DNA from: an uncultured Bacilli bacterium
GTDB taxonomy: Bacteria; Bacillota_I; Bacilli_A; RF39; UBA660
Reading direction: 5' to 3'
NCBI GenBank assembly: GCA_934130105.1
Contig: CAKOXL010000004.1
Location: 1-63,681 of the forward strand
Length of the DNA stretch: 63,681 nt
Positions 56,122-63,681 of this stretch are shown here, piece after piece; the stretch's first letter is position 1; every line of letters starts with the position of its first letter. The notes beneath the pieces were generated by a model. That model was not told the origin of the DNA and ran no database searches. It saw nothing but the letters and a program-made list of their open reading frames with translations. The translations under genes were made by a program, and so were the position numbers.

Positions 56122-56877
56122 TTAAGATATTTTTATTTCAAAGTCTTCAGTAGTACCAACATCTACATATTCCATATGAATATTTAGGGATGTCTCTTCA
56201 TTTTTTACTGATGTTAAATAATTACTTAAGTCTAAATCTATACTTTTTAAATCGTCATTTTCAAATGTTAATGTTATTAAGTTAGTACTGTTATTGTCAT
56301 TAGTGATACTATCTTTAAAATGTCTTGATAAGTCTGAATTAGATATATTATATTTTATGGTATTTGCATTAGTAGTAGATATTTCATTTTCTATTACTAA
56401 AAGAATTGTATCTATACTACAATATTTTAAAAAGTTACTAGGTCTTTTAGTTATGTGATAAGTACCATTATCAAGAATTAAGTAATTATCACCAATAATA
56501 GCATATTCAGTTATAGTATTATCACGCATTAGTGTAAATCTTTCTTTATTACCGTTTTTATTACCTAAATATATTTCTTTTTCGTCATTATAGTATATTG
56601 TATATGAATAACTATAATTAGTATTATCATCTTTATCACTAGCACTATCGTTATTAGTATTATAATCACTATTAGTATTTGATGGCGTAGTTATATTTTC
56701 CTTATCAGAATAGGAAGTATTGGTTTCATTTTTGTTAACGCCACTTATACGTATCATTACTATTACGATAGTAAAAATAATTCCGTAAATTGCTAGCATA
56801 GCAATGGCATGTGTTCTATTATCTTTTTCTTTACCAAAACTTTTTTTTAATATTTCTTTTAGATTTTCAAAATTCAT
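56122..56877 (-). CDS. Membrane-anchored protein of unknown function
   Basis: 251 aa with an N-terminal TM segment, an N/S/T/D-rich linker and a beta-rich C-terminal domain. Confidence 0.5.
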   Translation of the reverse strand: MNFENLKEILKKSFGKEKDNRTHAIAMLAIYGIIFTIVIVMIRISGVNKNETNTSYSDKENITTPSNTNSDYNTNNDSASDKDDNTNYSYSYTIYYNDEKEIYLGNKNGNKERFTLMRDNTITEYAIIGDNYLILDNGTYHITKRPSNFLKYCSIDTILLVIENEISTTNANTIKYNISNSDLSRHFKDSITNDNNSTNLITLTFENDDLKSIDLDLSNYLTSVKNEETSLNIHMEYVDVGTTEDFEIKIS

Positions 56878-56879
56878 AA

Positions 56880-57818
56880 TTACTTAAATACCTTACCAAT
56901 TAAAGTCTCTTTCTTTATGCCATTAAAATATTCTTTTACGCTCATTCTTTTTTTACCAGCTAATTGAATTTCAGTTATTACTAATTCATTATCACCTGTT
57001 GAAACACCAATTCCATCTTTATATACATTAATAATTTTTCCGCATTCAAGAGTATTAGTTTTATTATTTGTAAGATAAGAATTATAAATTTTTATATTGT
57101 TTTGATCTAGTATTGCGTAACTACCTGGCCATGGATTAAGAGCTCTTATTTGATTATGTATTTGAGTACTAGTTTTGCTAAAGTCAATTTTTTCTTCTTC
57201 TCTAGTAATGTTAAAGGCATAAGTTACATCTTCTTCATTTTGCTTTGTTAAAGTTATATCTTTAGATATAATTTTAGGAATAGTCTCTAGTAATAGTTTA
57301 GTTCCCATTAGACTAAGACGATCATGCAAGGTACCAACGTTATCATCTTCAGTGATAGTTGTCTCAACTTGAGAGATGATATCACCGGCATCCATTTTTT
57401 CTACCATGTACATGATGGTAACACCTGTTTTAGTGTAGCCATTCATAATAGCCTTGTGTATTGGAGCTCCTCCTCTTAATTTAGGTAATAATGATGCATG
57501 CACATTAATACATCCATATTTAGGAAAATCTAGTAATGCCTTGGGAATAATTTGACCATATGCACATGTTACGATCATATCAACATCTAATTTAAGTAAG
57601 TCTTCATATTCTTTTTTTATGTTAATAGGTTGATAAACAGGAATATTTTTTTCCTTTGCTAATATTTTTACTAGCGAAGGCTTTATTTCATGTTTTCTTC
57701 CTACTTCTTTATCTGGTTGGGTAACTACTGCTACAACATCATAGTTATTAATAAGGCCATTTAGGATATTTATGCTAAATTCTGGTGTTCCCATAAATAA
57801 TATTTTTAATTTATTCAT
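56880..57818 (-). CDS. fmt: Methionyl-tRNA formyltransferase
   Basis: FMGTPEF, NVHASLLPKLRGGAPI. Confidence 0.95.
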   Translation of the reverse strand: MNKLKILFMGTPEFSINILNGLINNYDVVAVVTQPDKEVGRKHEIKPSLVKILAKEKNIPVYQPINIKKEYEDLLKLDVDMIVTCAYGQIIPKALLDFPKYGCINVHASLLPKLRGGAPIHKAIMNGYTKTGVTIMYMVEKMDAGDIISQVETTITEDDNVGTLHDRLSLMGTKLLLETIPKIISKDITLTKQNEEDVTYAFNITREEEKIDFSKTSTQIHNQIRALNPWPGSYAILDQNNIKIYNSYLTNNKTNTLECGKIINVYKDGIGVSTGDNELVITEIQLAGKKRMSVKEYFNGIKKETLIGKVFK

Positions 57819-58408
57819 TTTTCCATCTCCTCTATAAAATTTTCATAGATTGTTCTTAACTCTTCTTTTTGACTATTATTCATACCATTGTATGGATTAT
57901 TATAGCCTTCTACTGTTCCTCTATGTTCACCAATAATTTTACCATTTTTTAAAAAATAAACATCAGGAACAGCTAATACTTTTTTGTCATCATTATCTAC
58001 TTCTAAATAATCATCTATTAAGCTATATAATTCAGTTCTTATCTTAGAAATATTTAGTTTATGAATATCAGCATAATATATTGTATCAATATTATGATTA
58101 TTAACAGCTTCAATTAAAATTGGTATAGCATTTCGGCACCATGGGCAACTATTATAACCAAAGTAAACAATTCCTGTACCACTTTTTAAAATATTAATGA
58201 GCTCTTCTTCATTTAAATATTTAATGTTATTATTTAGAGGAATATTAACTTTTATCTTTTTACCGTTACTATATTCTATATAATTAATATATTCGTATGA
58301 TAATTTAAACTTTAGATTATCAAATTTTAGTACTAACAAAAATAGAGTCATTACAGTTAATAAAATAACTGCTATAATAATTAAAATTTTCTTCTTCATA
58401 TCTATCAC
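57815..58408 (-). CDS. Membrane-anchored thioredoxin-fold protein (CPWC)
   Basis: TM anchor then YFGYNSCPWCRNAIP. Confidence 0.6.
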   Translation of the reverse strand: MIDMKKKILIIIAVILLTVMTLFLLVLKFDNLKFKLSYEYINYIEYSNGKKIKVNIPLNNNIKYLNEEELINILKSGTGIVYFGYNSCPWCRNAIPILIEAVNNHNIDTIYYADIHKLNISKIRTELYSLIDDYLEVDNDDKKVLAVPDVYFLKNGKIIGEHRGTVEGYNNPYNGMNNSQKEELRTIYENFIEEMEK

Positions 58409-58428
58409 GTCTAATATTATATTAAATT

Positions 58429-59766
58429 TTATGAAAAAATGAAATACATACCTAAAAAAACTAGTAATATATCTGCTATTAGGATAGTTATTAGAAAGGT
58501 CTGACTAACATTTGCTGCATTATTATTTATATTTGATTGATAGGTTTTTACTTTTTGATAATTTGCTTCTTGCATTTTTACTACTTGATTATCTTCTTCT
58601 TTTACTTGCAACCTTTCAGATACTTGTTCTAATTCGAATAATTGATTTTTATCACCACTGTTAATTATTAATATACTGTTATTTTTATCATCAGTTGTTA
58701 AATAAATATGGTTTTCAATAAAAGCAGCAACAATATTCTGGTAATTATCGTCAAACCCAAATTTCATAATATGGCTACCATTATTATTTTTAACTGCAAA
58801 TTTAAAAGAACCATTTTTATTTAAAACATGATCTTGTATTATTTGGAAAGAAAGGGAAATACCTTCTGCTTTTGTTGATAAGGTATCTAAATATGATTGG
58901 TTGGAATCGTAATTATTAATAGTAGTGCTAACTTTTTGATACATTATAGAATCATCACTACTTTTATTTTGACGATTAACAAATGATACTTTGTACATAT
59001 TTTGATCTTTATCTTTAACAAGCTTCATGTTATATTCATCTAAACTATTAACATCTGTCATCAAGACTAGTACCATCATAGCGGTGAAATTAATAGCGTT
59101 AGGATCATTTATATCATTTAGTAGTTCAATGCTATTATCATGTACTGTCACATTTGGATTATAAGATTTATTCTTTTTTGTTTCTTGACTTACTACTTCA
59201 TTAAGAAGTGTATCATCTTTAGTATTATCAAAAGTTTTAGTTATATCTTTAGAAGATAATATTACAGTATCATCTACATCTCTTGATTTATAGTAATCTA
59301 CTACATTATCGGTATTTTCTTTTAATTTATAAATATCTCTTTCTTCATTTATACTTTCAACAGAAGCACTTAGATTTTCTGTTTTAATACCAACATCATT
59401 TAAGCTAGTTTTAACATGATTTAGTGCATCCATTTTTATATCGTTAACTTCTTCTTCTTTTTCATGATATGATTTTTCTTTTTCTTCCTGATATTTTCTC
59501 ATTATATTTTCCAAATCCATTAATTTGCGATATAAAACAGTATTTTCATTAATACTAGCAATTACTTCCATAAGACTATCTTTTACTTCTGTTGGTAAAT
59601 CATTATTATCAATAAAAGTATTTACTTCTTTTATCAATTCTTCTTGTGTCTTTACACCGGTTGTTCGTAGATAAAATTGTTCTAAATTTTTATTTGCTTC
59701 TTCTAATTCTTTTTTGCTATCATCTACATCTTTTATGTAATCATTTAGCATATAAGCTTTATCCAC
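58429..59766 (-). CDS. Tail-anchored coiled-coil protein of unknown function
   Basis: 445 aa with an acidic, coiled-coil N-terminal half and a single C-terminal TM segment (FLITILIADILLVFLGMYFIF). Confidence 0.5.
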   Translation of the reverse strand: MDKAYMLNDYIKDVDDSKKELEEANKNLEQFYLRTTGVKTQEELIKEVNTFIDNNDLPTEVKDSLMEVIASINENTVLYRKLMDLENIMRKYQEEKEKSYHEKEEEVNDIKMDALNHVKTSLNDVGIKTENLSASVESINEERDIYKLKENTDNVVDYYKSRDVDDTVILSSKDITKTFDNTKDDTLLNEVVSQETKKNKSYNPNVTVHDNSIELLNDINDPNAINFTAMMVLVLMTDVNSLDEYNMKLVKDKDQNMYKVSFVNRQNKSSDDSIMYQKVSTTINNYDSNQSYLDTLSTKAEGISLSFQIIQDHVLNKNGSFKFAVKNNNGSHIMKFGFDDNYQNIVAAFIENHIYLTTDDKNNSILIINSGDKNQLFELEQVSERLQVKEEDNQVVKMQEANYQKVKTYQSNINNNAANVSQTFLITILIADILLVFLGMYFIFS

Positions 59767-59824
59767 TATACCACTTCCTATTATGGAAATGGTATCATAT
59801 TTTTTTATAAAAATAAAGTAATAA

Positions 59825-61150
59825 CTATCTTATATCTACATTTGTATAGTAATGATTTATAATTTGCTTGTAGTTATAACCTTCCTTAGCCATACCACTA
59901 GCTCCATACTGACTAAGGCCAACGCCATGTCCATAACCACGTGTCGTTATTTTGACATTATCACCAACTATTTCTAAATCAAAATCAGTTGAACGTAATC
60001 CTAGCAAATTACGTATTTCAACGCCACTATAAATTTTAGATCCTACTTTTATTTTTTCTACTCTGCCACTATTAGTAAGTGATAATATTTCTAATTTTAA
60101 ATCATCATTTTCAGAAATACCTAATGTATTTAGTAAACTCTTTAAATCTTTTTCAATTTCCTTTGAGTAAGATGGTGATGATTTATCCCAGCTACTTTCA
60201 ACACTTTTTAAATATGGAATATCAATTTTCCAAACAACACTGGCATCCTCTGTTTTACCATTGCTAGTAGAATGATATACTGCATCAATATGTTTATTAT
60301 TATAATAGATACTAATACCTTTTGTTGAGTCTACTGCTTGTTTTATTTTTTTATAGTAAGTTTGGTAATTTTCTTTCCACATAGTTTTTAATTCTTGATT
60401 ATCTTTATAGCTTTGAGTGGAAGTTGAATCAGTTAACTTAGTATTTTCCTCTATTTTTTTCAAAGTATAGGTTCTAGCTACTACTGCTTGAGCTTTTAAT
60501 GCTTCTAACGGAAATGATGCTGGCATTTCGGCTGCTACTACACCTACTAAATATTCTTCTAAGTTAAGATTAATAACATTTCCATTACTTCTATAAATAG
60601 TTACTGTAATATCATCTTTTTTATCTTCATTAGTAGTATCACTTGTTTTTTTAGTTTCTTCATCGTTTTTTTCAATAGTTTCTTCTTTAGTTACTTTATC
60701 ATTTACAGTATCATTAGTGTTTTTTACTTGATCTGTTTTTGTTAGGTCAGTATTTTCATTATTAGTGGAATTATTGATGTTAGTATTAGTATTATTATTA
60801 ATACCAGTATCAGTACTTATTGTCTCAGTTTCCTTATTTATAGTATTTTCATTTTCTACTAATACAATTTGATTAGGCATTTCATTTAGTGTTACATAAG
60901 ACTTGCTTAAATCATTATGTGGTGTCTCTGTTAGTAATATAGTAGCTAACGTTACTCCGCCTAAAACAATAGCAATTTTTTCACCATTAAATTTTATTTT
61001 CTTAGTTTTAATATACTTTATAATTTGTTGTTTCATATTATTAATATTATGATGTGATTTAAAATCAAGACTAAATTCACTATCATAATCAAAATACAAA
61101 AATAGAACTTTTTCGCCACCAACTTGTTTGATCTTATAATTTGATATCAT
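59825..61150 (-). CDS. spoIID: SpoIID/LytB-domain protein
   Basis: ALKAQAVVARTY and GHGVGLSQYGA motifs. Confidence 0.8.
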   Translation of the reverse strand: MISNYKIKQVGGEKVLFLYFDYDSEFSLDFKSHHNINNMKQQIIKYIKTKKIKFNGEKIAIVLGGVTLATILLTETPHNDLSKSYVTLNEMPNQIVLVENENTINKETETISTDTGINNNTNTNINNSTNNENTDLTKTDQVKNTNDTVNDKVTKEETIEKNDEETKKTSDTTNEDKKDDITVTIYRSNGNVINLNLEEYLVGVVAAEMPASFPLEALKAQAVVARTYTLKKIEENTKLTDSTSTQSYKDNQELKTMWKENYQTYYKKIKQAVDSTKGISIYYNNKHIDAVYHSTSNGKTEDASVVWKIDIPYLKSVESSWDKSSPSYSKEIEKDLKSLLNTLGISENDDLKLEILSLTNSGRVEKIKVGSKIYSGVEIRNLLGLRSTDFDLEIVGDNVKITTRGYGHGVGLSQYGASGMAKEGYNYKQIINHYYTNVDIR

Positions 61151-61195
61151 TTAAATTTCACCATTTATATGTTGGCTATTTTTATAGTTTTTAAA

Positions 61196-63364
61196 CTAAA
61201 TATGTATAGGATTAAAATCAATATCTATTTTTACCTTATTATTAGATTTATAATGTTCAATTAAATCATTTAATGTTGAATATAATTTATCTTCTTTTTT
61301 ATATTTTAGAATAATTTGAAAGCGATAAATATTATTTATTTTAAATATATTAGCTATACTTGGTCCTAGTATAATTGTATTTTTTAAATTTTTGTTTAAA
61401 TATTCTGCTACTTTATTGCTTGCTGTTTTAGCTTCATCGTAAGATTTACTTAGTATTTTTATGGAAGTTAAGTAGTAATATGGCGGATAACCTAATTTAT
61501 GCCTTATTAACATTTCTTGATTATAAAAGCCTAAATAGTCATGGCTTTTAGCATATCTAATAGCATAATGATCTGGGTTAAATGTTTGAATAATAACTTT
61601 ACCTGGTTTTTCCCCTCTTCCACTTCTACCGGCTACTTGACATAATAATTGAAATGTTGTTTCACTGCTTCTAAAATCTGGAATATTTAAACTTGTATCA
61701 GCATTTATTACACCAACTAGAGTAACATTAGGAAAATCAAGCCCTTTAGCAATCATTTGGGTTCCAAGTAAAATATCATACTCCCCATTTTGGAAGCTAT
61801 TTACAATTTTTTCATGACTTCCTTTTCTACTTGTTGTATCCATGTCCATACGAATTACTTTTTTGTTAGGAAACATTTTAATTAATTGTTCTTCCACTTT
61901 TTCTGTACCTGTGCCTAGTGTTGTCATAGCTTCTTCATTACATTCGGGGCATTTTGTTTCTAAGTTGGTACCATAGCCACAATAATGACATCTTAAGGTA
62001 TTGCTACTTTTATGATAAGTTAATGTTATATCACAGTTAGGACATTTTTTTGTAAAACCACAATTTTTACATGACACAAATGATGAATACCCTCTTCTAT
62101 TTAATAGTAATATTACTTGTTCGTTTTTGTTAAGTGTATCAGTAATTGAATTTATTAAAGTAGTTGAAAAACTACCATACTTTTTTTCTTGATGCATATC
62201 AACTATTTCTATACTTGGCATTTTTTGGTGATTAACACGTTCTTTTAGTTCAATTAATTCATAAACTTTTTTCTTGCTTCTAGCATATGTTTCTAACGTT
62301 GGTGTTGCACTTCCAAGTAGTAATGGACAACTATGGTAATTACTACGCCACTTAGCTATATCAATAGCATGATATTTAGGATTAGAACTATCTTGTTTAT
62401 AACTATCTGTATGTTCTTCATCAATTATAATAATGCCAATGTTTTTAAGCGGAGCAAAGATTGCGCTTCTTGCACCTATTACTATTTTTACTTCGCCTCT
62501 AGTAATTTTACGCCATTCATCATATTTTTCACCAGCACTTAAACGGCTATGTAAAATAGCTATACTATCATTAAAACGACTTTTAAAACGTGAAACAATT
62601 TGTTCGGTTAGAGAAATTTCTGGCACTAAAACAATACTTTCTTTTCCTTCTTTTAGAAATGTTTCTATTATTTCCATATAAACTTCTGTCTTACCGCTGC
62701 CAGTAACACCATGCAATAAGAATGTTGTATTAGTATTTTTCTTTGAAATTACTTTATCAACCGCCTCTTGCTGAAGATTAGTAAGTTGATGTTTTTCTTT
62801 TAAATTAGATTTATAGTCAAGACGATATACTTCTTTTTTTTCTTCTAATATTATCTGTTTTTTTAATAGTGTTTTTACACTACTAGTAGAGATAATATTA
62901 GCATCTTTTTTTAAAATTTTTCCTTGCTCTTTTATCATATTAATGATAACTTTTTGTTTTTCGTTAAGGTCAGTGTTAATATTATCACTATTTAGTACTA
63001 AATAAGTTTCTATTTTTTTAGGAACTACAACGCCATTTCTAGCTTTTAGTGCTTTTGGTAACATAACTTGATATGATGAAATTAGGGTTGATAGGGTTGT
63101 TTCTTGAATATATTTTCCAAGTGATAAAAGTTCTTCATTTAGGATAACCTCTTCATCAACAACACCAATTATTTCTTTTAATTCATAATTGCTAGTTGAT
63201 GCTTTTTCTATTCCTAAAACAAATCCTTCTAATATTTGACTAGCAAATGGTACAGTCACACGAAGACCAACTTTTACTTTAGAAACTAATGATGATGGAA
63301 TAATATAATCAAAATTTTTGTCTATATTTTTATTTGATAATTCAACTAATACTTTTGCTATCAT
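61196..63364 (-). CDS. priA: Primosomal protein N' (replication restart helicase PriA)
   Basis: GVTGSGKTEVY, DEEH, the Cys-rich zinc region (CKNCG..CPNCD..CHYCG..CPEC), and QVAGRSGR. Confidence 0.95.
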   Translation of the reverse strand: MIAKVLVELSNKNIDKNFDYIIPSSLVSKVKVGLRVTVPFASQILEGFVLGIEKASTSNYELKEIIGVVDEEVILNEELLSLGKYIQETTLSTLISSYQVMLPKALKARNGVVVPKKIETYLVLNSDNINTDLNEKQKVIINMIKEQGKILKKDANIISTSSVKTLLKKQIILEEKKEVYRLDYKSNLKEKHQLTNLQQEAVDKVISKKNTNTTFLLHGVTGSGKTEVYMEIIETFLKEGKESIVLVPEISLTEQIVSRFKSRFNDSIAILHSRLSAGEKYDEWRKITRGEVKIVIGARSAIFAPLKNIGIIIIDEEHTDSYKQDSSNPKYHAIDIAKWRSNYHSCPLLLGSATPTLETYARSKKKVYELIELKERVNHQKMPSIEIVDMHQEKKYGSFSTTLINSITDTLNKNEQVILLLNRRGYSSFVSCKNCGFTKKCPNCDITLTYHKSSNTLRCHYCGYGTNLETKCPECNEEAMTTLGTGTEKVEEQLIKMFPNKKVIRMDMDTTSRKGSHEKIVNSFQNGEYDILLGTQMIAKGLDFPNVTLVGVINADTSLNIPDFRSSETTFQLLCQVAGRSGRGEKPGKVIIQTFNPDHYAIRYAKSHDYLGFYNQEMLIRHKLGYPPYYYLTSIKILSKSYDEAKTASNKVAEYLNKNLKNTIILGPSIANIFKINNIYRFQIILKYKKEDKLYSTLNDLIEHYKSNNKVKIDIDFNPIHI

Positions 63365-63495
63365 AATATCACCTTCAACATAAAATTATTTATCACACGT
63401 CTATTTAGCTTTAAGTATTATGATAGGCTTTTTTGAAACCTTTAGTAATACAACTTTATTAAAGCATCATATAAAAAGTAGAAATTATTCTTAGT

Positions 63496-63681
63496 TTATT
63501 TTTTTGATAATTCTTTTATAGTATCTATATCTAAACCCGTTATTTTGCTGATAGATTCAATTGGTAGATTCAAATTAAGCATATTTTTAGCTATTTCTAT
63601 ATTTCTTTGTTCCATTCCTTCTTCGTAGGCTATCCTTTTTTCAGTATTTTGAATTAATTTTTGATCCTCTTCATATGTCAT
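63496..63681 (-). CDS. C-terminal part (truncated by window edge) of a second PD-(D/E)XK / Rpn-like nuclease paralog
   Basis: The C-terminal 61 aa align to the tail of the 14225-15055 product (YEEDQ.LI.NTEK.IAYE.G...IAKNML....I..I..GLDIDTIK.LSK). Confidence 0.6.
   Translation of the reverse strand: MTYEEDQKLIQNTEKRIAYEEGMEQRNIEIAKNMLNLNLPIESISKITGLDIDTIKELSKK

Overview
Very AT-rich, low-GC Firmicutes-type chromosomal segment, coded almost entirely on the minus strand. The sporulation-type genes (spoIID, spoIVFB-like) suggest a Clostridia- or Erysipelotrichia-like spore former, but that is inference only. Housekeeping blocks: rmuC, DedA and PrsW membrane genes; rimP-nusA-ylxR-(deaminase)-infB-rbfA; a CPBP protease, a phosphoesterase and an M29 aminopeptidase; gpmI; tRNA-Leu(CAA); proS; radC-mreC-mreD-spoIVFA/B-like; and priA...fmt...rlmN-prpC-prkC-rsgA-rpe. 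An accessory island of about 21 kb (about 14.2-35.4 kb) sits between them and carries three things. (1) A complete and apparently functional diversity-generating retroelement (DGR): a target gene with a C-terminal variable repeat (VR), then the template repeat (TR), then a MutS-domain-I-like gene, an Avd-like gene and the reverse transcriptase. By hand alignment, every TR/VR mismatch falls on a TR adenine. (2) A UvrD-like helicase. (3) A T7SSb-like (Ess/Yuk) secretion locus with EsaB/YukD, several WXG100-like small proteins, a 1916-aa LXG-like multidomain effector, a small candidate immunity or chaperone gene, and EssC. No EssA, EssB or EsaA is visible. Two further paralogs of the DGR target occur: one cut by the window start, and one at 48.7-50.6 kb that carries an in-frame TGA and a decayed VR. 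All product calls come from reading motifs in the supplied translations; no database search was possible.
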